DNA from: a virus
Taxonomy: Duplodnaviria > Heunggongvirae > Uroviricota > Caudoviricetes
IMG/VR virus record: IMGVR_UViG_2675903394_000003
Direction: 5' to 3' (one strand)
Length of the DNA stretch: 29,878 bases
Shown here: positions 9,369-18,224 of the stretch, in pieces
Position numbering within the stretch: position 1 is the first letter of the stretch
Layout: each line of letters begins with the position of its first letter
The notes under the pieces: model-generated
Seen by the model: the letters and a program-made list of their open reading frames with translations, nothing else
What the model was told of the DNA's origin: nothing
The model's database searches: none
Translations under genes and position numbers: made by a program

Positions 9369-9899
9369 TTATCCGGGGTAAACCGTAATTACATCGCCGT
9401 CATAAGCCACACCACCGGCGAACAGGTAGCCGGGAATGTCCTGGGTAATGTTCAGACCAATAAGGTGACGGCTTGCGGGTTTGGCATCAGCAATCAGTCG
9501 CTCCATTTCCAGATACATTTCCTCTGTGATGCCGCTTTCCAGTACACCAATATCGAGCCGGAAGGTGCCGGGCGGGTCATTGTTTTCCCACCACTCCGTC
9601 ACATTGATGAGATAGCCGAGCGGCTCCACCACACGCCGGATTGCGCCGATAGTGCCTTTATGACAGTGGATGAAATAGGCATCGCGGATAACGGCGCGTT
9701 TTGTCGCTTCCGGCCACTTTTCATCCCACCTGTCGACCGAAAACGCCCACGCCAGCCACGGCAGCAGATTTGCCGGGCAGGTGTCCGGGTTCCACAGCTC
9801 ACGAATACTGACCGGTGTTTTTTCAATTTCCGCACAGGCTTTTGCGGCGGCAACTTCAAGCGGTGATGAGCCGGTCGGCAGTAGTCGCGAATCACTCAT
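9369..9899 (-). CDS. I: Baseplate protein I, 176 aa
   Basis: Synteny J-I-H, length as P2 gpI. Confidence 0.9.
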   Translation of the reverse strand: MSDSRLLPTGSSPLEVAAAKACAEIEKTPVSIRELWNPDTCPANLLPWLAWAFSVDRWDEKWPEATKRAVIRDAYFIHCHKGTIGAIRRVVEPLGYLINVTEWWENNDPPGTFRLDIGVLESGITEEMYLEMERLIADAKPASRHLIGLNITQDIPGYLFAGGVAYDGDVITVYPG

Positions 9900-10800
9900 C
9901 CGAGCCTCCGGTCACGACGCTGTATTCGGTACAGAAAGACGCCTGCGTACTGTTGAGCACGATATCGGCCAGCGGTGCAGCCAGTTCGACACGCTGCACG
10001 CCTTCCACATGCAAAGCGGCATAAATGGCAGACAGACGGATGTCACGCCCCAGCCGGTGCTGTGCCGTGATGTACGCTTCCAGTTTTTTCACGGCGGCAG
10101 CGCGGATGGGTTCGCTTTCGGGACCAGGGTAAAGGTAAAGCGTGGCGTTTATCTGGTATTCAACGATGGCGGCAGACTGCACGGTCACGCGGTCGGCCAC
10201 CGGCCTGACGTCCTCGCCATTAAGGGCGTTACGCACCACAGCCAGCAGGTCTTCGGATGCGACACCGTTATTTTCACGTGACAGCACAGAGATGGTGACA
10301 CAGGCCGGAGACGGACTGGTGACAGAGATATCCGCGACACGCCCGTCGGCACTGCGACCATGATACTGATAGGCTCCCACCGACCCGGCGACGCTTAAAC
10401 CTTCAAACGCCTGCTGAATACGCAGACGATAATCCGTGTCAGATTCCATCACTGCCGGTGTCGGCGGGATGGTCGAATCATCTGCCGGGGTGATAATCAG
10501 GCGCGTGGTGTTGTAATTGGCACCAATCACATCAAGGTCATTACCGGCGGCACAGGCCAGCATCACCGCCCGTGCGGCCTCATTCACACGCTGACGCCAG
10601 ATAAGCTCACGATAAGCATTTTCCTCCAGCAGTTTGACGAGAGGCTCGGATTCCAGCGTCAGGGTACGGGCGACCGCCTCCTGCTGGTCTTCCGGGTAAA
10701 GGGAAATCAGTGTCGCCTTGCGTTCGGCGAGAATGGTTTCAAAGTCCAGCTCCTCAACCACATCCGGTGCGGGTAGCTGGTTCAGGTCGATAATCGGCAT
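9892..10800 (-). CDS. J: Baseplate wedge protein J, 302 aa
   Basis: Synteny and length as P2 gpJ. Confidence 0.9.
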   Translation of the reverse strand: MPIIDLNQLPAPDVVEELDFETILAERKATLISLYPEDQQEAVARTLTLESEPLVKLLEENAYRELIWRQRVNEAARAVMLACAAGNDLDVIGANYNTTRLIITPADDSTIPPTPAVMESDTDYRLRIQQAFEGLSVAGSVGAYQYHGRSADGRVADISVTSPSPACVTISVLSRENNGVASEDLLAVVRNALNGEDVRPVADRVTVQSAAIVEYQINATLYLYPGPESEPIRAAAVKKLEAYITAQHRLGRDIRLSAIYAALHVEGVQRVELAAPLADIVLNSTQASFCTEYSVVTGGSDE

Positions 10801-10804
10801 GGTT

Positions 10805-11152
10805 TCAACTCACAGGGATGGTTAACGAAAGTGGCTGGCCGGTGTCGTTGTGCTGGCCGGTTAACGTGACCGTCATTCGCCCGTCAAAGCTGCGCGCCGT
10901 GGTGACGGATGACAGGGTGACGCGGGGTTCCCATTTCAGCACCGCCATGTAACAGGCGACCTTAATCTGCAACTCAAGCGCCGGGGTCTGCGGCTGGTCA
11001 ATCATTGACGCCAGCAACGAGCCGTAATCACGACGCATCACCCGTGAGCCGACCGGTGTGCGCAGGATATCGCCGATACTCTGGCTGATATGCTCAAGGT
11101 CAGTGACAGTCAGGCCATCACTGCGATTCATTCCGAGATAACGCGCTGTCAT
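10805..11152 (-). CDS. W: Baseplate protein W (gp25-like), 115 aa
   Basis: Synteny V-W-J, length as P2 gpW. Confidence 0.9.
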   Translation of the reverse strand: MTARYLGMNRSDGLTVTDLEHISQSIGDILRTPVGSRVMRRDYGSLLASMIDQPQTPALELQIKVACYMAVLKWEPRVTLSSVTTARSFDGRMTVTLTGQHNDTGQPLSLTIPVS

Positions 11153-11784
11153 AAAGGACTCCCGGTTGTGCCGCCGCTGTCGCCGGGGTGTTTATGGGTA
11201 TGCAGTACCTTACCGTTTGATGAGAGTTCACCGCCGGTGTGTTCAATGTTGCCGCGCATCGCCCCGCCCTTCTGCACTTCCAGCGTGCCGGTGATCAGCT
11301 TGTTTGTGCAGACCACCTCCGGTGTGTCCAGGGTGATGCGGGTTGATGCTTTCACCATGACCACCGGCACCGTGGCAGTAACAGAATCAGAAGCCGTCAC
11401 GCTGGCCGTTTTAATTCCGCTTACCGTAAGCGCACTGGTTTCAGGTTCATACTCAATCACCGCCCCGTCAGGGAAACGGATATGCAGGGCATCCGCCGAC
11501 GCAGACGGCGCGGGGTTATCGCCGGAATAAATCCCCGGCAGAACGAACGCCGTGTCGAGTTCACCGCCCACGGCCAGAATCAGCACCTGCTCCCCCACGG
11601 AAGGTGCCCACCATGTGCGCGAACGACCGGCACGATGGGTCAGCCACTGAAGCCAGTCAGTGCACATGCCGCCGGTCTGCACACGGCAGCGACCGGCGTT
11701 AAGGTCGGTTTCGACGACAAGGCCGGTGCGAATCATGTTGCGCAGTACGCGCGCGAGTTCCTGAATATTTGCGAGAGTGTTCAT
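11149..11784 (-). CDS. V: Baseplate spike protein V, 211 aa
   Basis: Synteny and length as P2 gpV. Confidence 0.9.
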   Translation of the reverse strand: MNTLANIQELARVLRNMIRTGLVVETDLNAGRCRVQTGGMCTDWLQWLTHRAGRSRTWWAPSVGEQVLILAVGGELDTAFVLPGIYSGDNPAPSASADALHIRFPDGAVIEYEPETSALTVSGIKTASVTASDSVTATVPVVMVKASTRITLDTPEVVCTNKLITGTLEVQKGGAMRGNIEHTGGELSSNGKVLHTHKHPGDSGGTTGSPL

Positions 11785-11850
11785 AACGGGAAGGATGCCG
11801 CCGGGTCATACCGGCGGCAATGTGACGATGAGGTGTCGGGAATGACACAA

Positions 11851-12303
11851 CTAACGGTCGAGGTGCGCCAGAATAATCTCTTCAATCATCTGCACATCCT
11901 CACCGGTAAAGCCGAGCAGGGGACGCGCCGGATAATCAATTTTCTTACCGTCTTTCCGGTTTTCTTCCGACAGACCGAACTGATGCACACTGGCGATTTT
12001 CGGTGACTTTCCGCCGTAAAACTCCATTGATGCCTGTTCCGGGCTGGCGCGGATATGCAAAAAACGACTGGTGATAAGTTTCGCAAACATTTTTCGCTTA
12101 ACGCGACCGGTCTTTTTTCTGGTGCTCTGCTGCTGGCGTGGTGCGTAGGGTGTGCCGTCCGGGGCTTTCTGTGCCATCACCCGGCGCTGCTGACTCTGCC
12201 GCAGACGTTTCGCCAGTTCGGCACTCAGTCGCCGACGCCCTGACGGTGACAGCGATTCAATCAGTCCGGCCAGCCGGTCTTCAAAACGCTTAAACTCATT
12301 CAT
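11851..12303 (-). CDS. S: Tail completion protein S, 150 aa
   Basis: Synteny R-S-V, length as P2 gpS. Confidence 0.88.
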   Translation of the reverse strand: MNEFKRFEDRLAGLIESLSPSGRRRLSAELAKRLRQSQQRRVMAQKAPDGTPYAPRQQQSTRKKTGRVKRKMFAKLITSRFLHIRASPEQASMEFYGGKSPKIASVHQFGLSEENRKDGKKIDYPARPLLGFTGEDVQMIEEIILAHLDR

Positions 12304-12763
12304 TCCACTTGCTCACCAGTTCGCCATTGATATAAAGCTCCATCGGGCGGGTGACCGGCTCCGGCGGCGGGGGTTCCGGGATATTCTTCACATGCAGCGC
12401 GCCGTCCACCTCACTGACCAGCGTGCGCTCGGTCAGCATCAGGCTGATGCTGATATCAAAGCTGCTGTCATTGTTGATGTCTGCATAAAACGTGAAGCCC
12501 TTTTTCTGGCCTGCGTCGGTGGTCATGATGTCGGGCTGATTTTCCCGCAGCCACGCCAGCACCGGCACGATGAGCAGGTCAAAATCACCGGTAAAGTCGG
12601 TCACAATGACATTGAGCGTGTAACGCTTTTCGAATGACAACGACGCCGCCAGTGTGGAGGCAATACTCCCGTTATCCACGAATATCCGCAGCATATCGGG
12701 GTTAGTTTTCAGCACCGTGACGGCATCAGTCAGCGCCCTGCGCAGGCTGTCGGGTTTGAGCAT
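12296..12763 (-). CDS. R: Tail completion protein R, 155 aa
   Basis: Synteny, length as P2 gpR. Confidence 0.88.
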   Translation of the reverse strand: MLKPDSLRRALTDAVTVLKTNPDMLRIFVDNGSIASTLAASLSFEKRYTLNVIVTDFTGDFDLLIVPVLAWLRENQPDIMTTDAGQKKGFTFYADINNDSSFDISISLMLTERTLVSEVDGALHVKNIPEPPPPEPVTRPMELYINGELVSKWNE

Positions 12764-13016
12764 CGTTTTCGTCCTGACAGTGTTTAATCATTTTTACCTG
12801 GCTGGCACAGCGTGCCAGCGCGTTCTCAAGCTGCCGGATATCAGCACTTAAATCGCCGTTCGTCTCCGGGTCACTGCCCGGCATCGGGCAAAGGCTCACT
12901 TTCGGGCAGGCGTTGGCGACAATCACTGGCGTCTGCGCAGGCGGGGCGCTGGTGCAACCGGCGCACAGCATCAGGCAGGTCAGCGCCGTACCAGCGGCGA
13001 AAATCTTCGTTTTCAT
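12726..13016 (-). CDS. lysC: LysC, Rz1-like outer-membrane lipoprotein (o-spanin), 96 aa, in an alternate frame overlapping lysB and R
   Basis: Starts MKTKIFAAGTALTCLMLCAGC (signal peptide with lipobox-like AGC), Pro-rich mature part; ATG at 13014-13016 inside lysB. Confidence 0.75.
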   Translation of the reverse strand: MKTKIFAAGTALTCLMLCAGCTSAPPAQTPVIVANACPKVSLCPMPGSDPETNGDLSADIRQLENALARCASQVKMIKHCQDENDAQTRQPAQGAD

Positions 13017-13296
13017 TAAGTAACCTCGTGATGGTTTTCTCGCGCTGTGCTTCACGCTTCGCGGCGTTCTCCAGTTCCTGACGCAGTGCCACCTGCGCCA
13101 GCTCGTTTTTGTCTGCCCTGGTGAGGGCAACATGAAGCTGATTTTTCAGCATGGTGATGGTCGCCTGCTGCCCACTGGCGACGTTGTTCGCCCTGTCCAG
13201 CGAGGCGCGCAGGCTGGCATTTTTGTGTTTCACCAGAAACAGACCGGCCACCGCCAGCGATAACAACACGACCAGCACAATCATCAGCTTTGACAT
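12871..13296 (-). CDS. lysB: LysB, Rz-like inner-membrane spanin, 141 aa
   Basis: N-terminal TM helix then coiled-coil region; position after lysA; length as P2 LysB. Confidence 0.85.
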   Translation of the reverse strand: MSKLMIVLVVLLSLAVAGLFLVKHKNASLRASLDRANNVASGQQATITMLKNQLHVALTRADKNELAQVALRQELENAAKREAQREKTITRLLNENEDFRRWYGADLPDAVRRLHQRPACADASDCRQRLPESEPLPDAGQ

Positions 13297-13709
13297 GGTT
13301 CCCGTCCCTCAAGACGCTGACGACAGGCTTTACGTATCAGCCGGAAAAACAGCGACGCCACAAGATAAATCAGCGCGGTAAAAATCCACCCGGCAGCGAC
13401 CAGCGAGATAAACGTCGCCACCATCACCACCAGAGCCGCTGCCCGCCTGCGCCACGGCACCGGCTGCAAAAACAGCGACGTGACAATCTTCACGGCCAGC
13501 GATTCCGGCGGCAGCTCCCGCCCGTAGCGTTCCAGCACATACTCCGTGGCATACACGCCGACACCACCGGCAACCACACAGATAACCGTCGCCAGAATCG
13601 CCCAGGTGGCAACAAAACTGACGGCCACGCTCTGCGGGTAAATCAGGGACAGTGCCAGCATCAGCGCCAGCGACACGTTCAGCATCAGTGAAAGGGATAA
13701 TTTCTTCAT
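13284..13709 (-). CDS. lysA: LysA, membrane protein of the lysis cassette, 141 aa
   Basis: Multiple hydrophobic helices; position between K and lysB as in P2. Confidence 0.85.
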   Translation of the reverse strand: MKKLSLSLMLNVSLALMLALSLIYPQSVAVSFVATWAILATVICVVAGGVGVYATEYVLERYGRELPPESLAVKIVTSLFLQPVPWRRRAAALVVMVATFISLVAAGWIFTALIYLVASLFFRLIRKACRQRLEGREPCQS

Positions 13710-13723
13710 GGTGTTTACTCCGT

Positions 13724-14221
13724 TTAAGCCGGTACGCCGCCAGCGGTACGCCAGACGGTGACCAGTTTTTCCAGTGAATGCTCACGCTGACCGTAACCGG
13801 CACCCGGCAGGGACGCCCAGATATTGCGACAGCGTGAAATGGCGCGTTCAATGCGTCCCGCCCGGATGTCATCCAGTGCACCGCGTTCGCGGATCAACTG
13901 AATGGCGAGTCTGTCCTGTGACAACGGACTGAAATCCGGCAGGGCAAGCTGTTTGCGGTAATGCGGCCAGAACAGGTAAAGCTGCTGATAGCGCCCGGAG
14001 GCCGTGGATTTTTCACCGCGACGGTTAAACACCTTCGCCGGTCGGCCATGTGCGAACGGGTGGTCACTGTAGTCGGTGAAGATTTCCGGCGTCCCGTCCA
14101 GTCCGGTGACTATCACGTCATAGCCACGGTTTTTCGTCAGCGGATGATTCGCCGTCCCTTCGGACACCGCCAGCATGTCGAGAAAGGCAGCGATATTCTG
14201 ATGCGTGTTAATTACCGGCAT
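13724..14221 (-). CDS. K: Endolysin K (lysozyme), 165 aa
   Basis: Position after the holin, length as P2 gpK; start overlaps the Y stop (TAATG). Confidence 0.9.
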   Translation of the reverse strand: MPVINTHQNIAAFLDMLAVSEGTANHPLTKNRGYDVIVTGLDGTPEIFTDYSDHPFAHGRPAKVFNRRGEKSTASGRYQQLYLFWPHYRKQLALPDFSPLSQDRLAIQLIRERGALDDIRAGRIERAISRCRNIWASLPGAGYGQREHSLEKLVTVWRTAGGVPA

Positions 14222-14502
14222 TACGGTTTCCCCCTGCCCTTAAAACGACGCTGAATGGCAATCTCAATCACCTGATAACCGGCGATACCCAGCATGGAGC
14301 CGATGCCGCACACCGCAGGCAGTGACAGGTCAGGAAACTGCACCAGAACAACACCGGCAACCATCGAGACAAAACCACCGAGCAACATGCGCCCGATAAA
14401 CAGACGCGGGGTGATGGGTTCACCACCGGCAAGCACCTTGCCGACAACAATCAGCACCCCAATCATGAAAAGCGACAGGACGCTTTTTTCTTCTGCTGTC
14501 AT
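14221..14502 (-). CDS. Y: Holin Y, 93 aa
   Basis: Small protein with hydrophobic helices upstream of the endolysin; length as P2 gpY. Confidence 0.88.
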   Translation of the reverse strand: MTAEEKSVLSLFMIGVLIVVGKVLAGGEPITPRLFIGRMLLGGFVSMVAGVVLVQFPDLSLPAVCGIGSMLGIAGYQVIEIAIQRRFKGRGKP

Positions 14503-14505
14503 GCG

Positions 14506-14709
14506 TTACTCCCACAGATTGACAGTTTCAGCCACGGGCGCGGTCTGAACGTCGGGCAGTTCGACGGCGGTGCCGTGCGGCAGCACCGCACCCAGTTCAG
14601 CCAGTCCCGGATTTGCGGCGAGCACGGTCTCAACCACGCCCTCAGTGCGCCCGTAATACCGGACACAAATGGCGTCGAGCGTGTCGCCCTGTAGCGCAAA
14701 GGTCTTCAT
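14506..14709 (-). CDS. X: Tail protein X, 67 aa
   Basis: Sequence MKTFALQGDTLDAICVRYYGRTEGVVETVLAANPGLAELG recognised as P2 gpX; ATG at 14707-14709; the track ORF start is an upstream extension. Confidence 0.9.
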   Translation of the reverse strand: MKTFALQGDTLDAICVRYYGRTEGVVETVLAANPGLAELGAVLPHGTAVELPDVQTAPVAETVNLWE

Positions 14710-15218
14710 CAGATTTGACTCACAATGCAGCGCGGCTTGTCCTGGATACGCGCCACCGCCCAGCGCATATCCCGCCACAGCTCATCAATGGTGCTGTCAA
14801 TGCTGTCGGCCTTCTTGTCGCCTTTCGCACTGGCATCCACACCGCGATAACGTTCATAAAGTGACGCGGTCGCCATCGCACACACGGCGCGCTCGTAGTA
14901 AAAAACTTTGATGCTTTCACCGTCGATGTCGTCCGCTGGAACGTCCGCCAGACGCGTAAAACCGGCGGCAATTTTCTGTTCGCGGTACTCGTACAGCTCC
15001 GCATTTGTTTCCGCCATGCCTGACTTGATGGCCTCACGCAGACGGGCGGGGGCGACGGTCTGCTCAAGGCGCATACGTTCCCGGACGTGCTTCGGGTCGA
15101 TATCGGGAAAAAAGAACGTGTTTTTAATCACCGGCTCGTCGCCTGCCGGTTGCGGGATGACCACCGTACCCTCACCGGATACAGGAGCCTCCTTTCGCGG
15201 AATAATCAGCGTCATCAT
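14709..15218 (-). CDS. L: Head completion protein L, 169 aa
   Basis: Starts MMTLIIPRKEAP; length as P2 gpL; the track ORF extends 20 codons upstream of the likely start. Confidence 0.88.
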   Translation of the reverse strand: MMTLIIPRKEAPVSGEGTVVIPQPAGDEPVIKNTFFFPDIDPKHVRERMRLEQTVAPARLREAIKSGMAETNAELYEYREQKIAAGFTRLADVPADDIDGESIKVFYYERAVCAMATASLYERYRGVDASAKGDKKADSIDSTIDELWRDMRWAVARIQDKPRCIVSQI

Positions 15219-15317
15219 GACTACCTCTGAAAAGTCGGGCGGTGGACGCCGGTACAGTGTCAGGTGATTCACCCTCACTGACCGGCGTGCCGCCCTGGCG
15301 CGGGGCGCATTCGGTTG

Positions 15318-16061
15318 TTAACTGGCTTTCTTTTTCGGGCGTCCACGTTTTGCCGGTGTCACGCTCCGGGTCTTACGCGGGGTACGGGTGGCCGCTTTTG
15401 GCTGCGGCTCCGGCTTCGGTTTCAGCTCCCGCTCCAGTCGTTCAATCTCTTTTTTGACGCCTGCCTGACAGTCGAGCTGTGTCGCGCGTTGCAGGTGCGC
15501 CAGCGCACCTGCGGCATCACCAGCGTCACGCAGAAACAGACCGGTGATTTTGTGCAGCTTTGCGCGCACTTCATCAGGCATATCAGCCGTGGCGGTAAGT
15601 TCAAGGGTGTCCGTCAGCAGGCGGGTATCCACAGACTCACCGGCAGCGTGGGCGCGCATGGCCGCGAGCGCCACCTCCTCGGTGAACATGTACGGCGGGG
15701 TGCGGCGGTGTTTACCCGGCATGGTCAGACCGTACTTCAGGGCATAACGGGCAATCTCCAGCGCACCGGCAATATCGCCGGTATCCAGACGCCACAGCAT
15801 GACCGTCATCAGAATGTCATCCTGTGCACCTTTGCCCTGCTCCAGCACACCGTTCACCCACGGCAACCAGAACGGCAGCAGTTCGCGTTTTTTCGCGGCC
15901 TTCAGCTCTTTTGAATAAATCGCTTTCAGTGTGCGCTGGTCTGCGGCCAGCTTGACCAGCATCTGCTCATAGACAGTTGCATGTCGCAGCGGGGCGGCTT
16001 CCCGCTGCGCGGTCATCGCTGCCGAGACCCGCATCATGTGGCGCTGTGCGGGACTCGTCAT
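15318..16061 (-). CDS. M: Terminase endonuclease (small) subunit M, 247 aa
   Basis: Synteny N-M-L, length as P2 gpM. Confidence 0.9.
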   Translation of the reverse strand: MTSPAQRHMMRVSAAMTAQREAAPLRHATVYEQMLVKLAADQRTLKAIYSKELKAAKKRELLPFWLPWVNGVLEQGKGAQDDILMTVMLWRLDTGDIAGALEIARYALKYGLTMPGKHRRTPPYMFTEEVALAAMRAHAAGESVDTRLLTDTLELTATADMPDEVRAKLHKITGLFLRDAGDAAGALAHLQRATQLDCQAGVKKEIERLERELKPKPEPQPKAATRTPRKTRSVTPAKRGRPKKKAS

Positions 16062-16064
16062 CGG

Positions 16065-17138
16065 TTACGCTCCCGGCTCTGCGGTCGCCTTAGCCGGTGT
16101 GGAGAAATCACCGACCTTAATTTTTTCCACCAGACAACCGGCGGCGTAGTCTTCCACCACGTAATCAATGTTCATTGACTCGTAGTTCTCCACGCGGTCG
16201 AGTTTCGGGTTTTCCTCAATCACGCGGCGATGGCTGTCATCCATGTAGTAGATGGACAGGTTTTCCAGCTTCGTGATGAGCATCGCATCCGCCGGGAAGT
16301 ACGGGACGCGTACCGCTGGCAGGTTACCGATGCGTTTCTGGCTGATGATGACGTCAGCGGCCAGCATTTCGCTGTTGTCCTGCTCCTTGTTGACGATGGG
16401 GAAATATTTGTCCGCCAGTAGCTGACGCCCCACAATCACCACAAGGTCAGGGTCTTCCTGATACCACGGCTCAATCAGGTTGTTGGTCGCATCCATCACC
16501 AGTGCATCAAGGCTGGCATAATCACCGCCCTTACCCACGCGGATGACCTCAGAGGTGGTGTGCCCTTCCTCGTCAGTGACCTTGCTCATCACGCGCGCCG
16601 GGGCTTCATTGCGGTATTTCTGCAGCCAGCCGACCGCCACATCCTGCAGCATCGGATTGCTGCTGCGGTCAGAGGTTTCGGCACGCTTCACGCCGTTAAA
16701 ACCGGCCATGATGAAATCAAGGGACTGGCGTTTGATAATGGCGTTACGGATACGAAGCTGGAAATCCTGATAACGCGCCCACAGGTCAAGCGTTTTGTAG
16801 CGGATATAAAAATCGAAGTTAATCTGGTCGCATTCGTACTTGTTTGACGCCAGCTTCGAGAAGTCCTTTGGCTGACGCTCGGTGCCACCGGCGGTGTCGG
16901 TGGTGCTGGCGATGGAGCCAGTGACACCGATACCAATTTTTTCCCCTTTCATTTCGCTGACCGGCACAATGTTGATGCGGGTCAGAAAATCAGAGGACTC
17001 CTGCATGGTGTTCATCAGGGTCTGGGTGACCGACGGTTCAACGGTGAATTTTTTCGACACATCACCGGCGTCGATGCCGTTCAGTTCGGCAACACGGGAC
17101 AGGTAGGCATTAAATTTAAAACGGGTTTCCTGGCGCAT
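16065..17138 (-). CDS. N: Major capsid protein N, 357 aa
   Basis: Synteny O-N-M, length as P2 gpN. Confidence 0.93.
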   Translation of the reverse strand: MRQETRFKFNAYLSRVAELNGIDAGDVSKKFTVEPSVTQTLMNTMQESSDFLTRINIVPVSEMKGEKIGIGVTGSIASTTDTAGGTERQPKDFSKLASNKYECDQINFDFYIRYKTLDLWARYQDFQLRIRNAIIKRQSLDFIMAGFNGVKRAETSDRSSNPMLQDVAVGWLQKYRNEAPARVMSKVTDEEGHTTSEVIRVGKGGDYASLDALVMDATNNLIEPWYQEDPDLVVIVGRQLLADKYFPIVNKEQDNSEMLAADVIISQKRIGNLPAVRVPYFPADAMLITKLENLSIYYMDDSHRRVIEENPKLDRVENYESMNIDYVVEDYAAGCLVEKIKVGDFSTPAKATAEPGA

Positions 17139-17196
17139 AGTTTTTCCTGAAATTAAGGGTTAATCGTGAAGGTTTTCCCGGACTGACTGACGCCGG

Positions 17197-18051
17197 TCAG
17201 CAGTTCGTCATCAGGGCGTCACCGCCACCACCGGTGGCCTTGCTGCGGCGCTGCTGGGTCAGACTTTCGGTGTGGTCGAGACTGTTTTTCAGGCGGGTGA
17301 ATGCCTGGCTGGTTTCATCCGCCCTGTCAGTCACATCCTGCTTAAGTGCGGAAAAGGCGTTTTCCATCTCAGCGAGGCGCTGCTCAGTGGCGCTCAGTTT
17401 TTCCTGCACATGTTCAGCGACAGCGGTCACCGCTTCATGCACGTCATTCAGACGGGCGTCATCGCTGGCCTGTTTGCGGCCAAAAATGGATTTCACCTTT
17501 TCGGTCAGGGCGGTGAACACGGTTTCAGGCAGGTCTTCAAATTCCAGCTCAACAGGCGTTGCCACTGAAATCAGGTTTTCAGGGCTTAATTTGAAGCGGT
17601 TCAGAGGGTTGTGTTTTGCCGTGCGGCAGAATTCCAGGTATTCCGTGCCGAGGCTTGCCGGGTCATCGGTGACGGCCAGACCCACCAGATAACATTTGCC
17701 GGTGTTGGCAAAGTTCGGCTGAATTTCCATTGAGGTGTAGACCTTCTGCGCGGCCTTGTTCATCGCGATAAGGTCATCGGTCGGGGTGATTTTCGCAAAC
17801 AGCGCCCATTTGCCTTTCAGCGCCGAATCATCGTCAATCTTTTCGGCCTTCAGTTCGACCACATCGCCATAACGCTTAAAAATACCGTCAGGCAGGATGC
17901 CGCGCAGATGTTCCAGGTTAATGCGGCAACCATAGACTCGCGGGTCAAAGGTTTCGGCCATTTCCTGAATATCCTGCGCACTGATGACACGCCCGTCACA
18001 GGTGTCACCCTCAACGCCGATACGAAAGAATTTTGAGACTTTTTTTGCCAT
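17197..18051 (-). CDS. O: Capsid scaffolding protein O, 284 aa
   Basis: Start taken at MAKKVSKFF (ATG 18049-18051) giving the P2 gpO length; the track ORF start at 18117 is an extension. Confidence 0.88.
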   Translation of the reverse strand: MAKKVSKFFRIGVEGDTCDGRVISAQDIQEMAETFDPRVYGCRINLEHLRGILPDGIFKRYGDVVELKAEKIDDDSALKGKWALFAKITPTDDLIAMNKAAQKVYTSMEIQPNFANTGKCYLVGLAVTDDPASLGTEYLEFCRTAKHNPLNRFKLSPENLISVATPVELEFEDLPETVFTALTEKVKSIFGRKQASDDARLNDVHEAVTAVAEHVQEKLSATEQRLAEMENAFSALKQDVTDRADETSQAFTRLKNSLDHTESLTQQRRSKATGGGGDALMTNC

Positions 18052-18224
18052 TGTCAGGAGTCCTGAATAGTGATTAGAGGAGTCACATGTCGGCATCAGT
18101 TTCCCGACGATGCGCATCCTCCGCCATCAGTCCCGGATGGCTTATCACTGACACAACAGCACCTTAGCGAATCGCGGGGCGCGACTCAGTAGCCTTGCCG
18201 TGTATTCATCACGGCGAGGTATTC
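18052..18224. promoter_or_regulatory. Divergent O/P intergenic region, expected location of late promoters
   Basis: Inference from P2 organisation only; no canonical TGT-N12-ACA activator site was found. Confidence 0.4.

Noticed and set aside
13330-13881. 183-aa minus-strand ORF overlapping lysA and K in another frame
   Set aside because: Cys/Arg/Gly-rich low-complexity translation of a GC-rich region; the P2-syntenic lysA and K frames explain the region.
18053-18065. Palindrome TCAGGA-G-TCCTGA just upstream of the O start, with a similar TCAGGA-N4-TCCTGA near cox (28395-28410)
   Set aside because: Six-bp arms recur by chance at this frequency in 30 kb; no further evidence for a shared binding site, though one copy is noted within the immunity region.
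18052-18224. Search for the canonical P2 Ogr-dependent late promoter element TGT-N12-ACA in the O/P, S/V and G/FI intergenic regions
   Set aside because: No perfect match found by eye (closest was TGT-N8-ACA at 11834-11847), so no specific late promoter is annotated; imperfect sites may exist and need a matrix-based scan.
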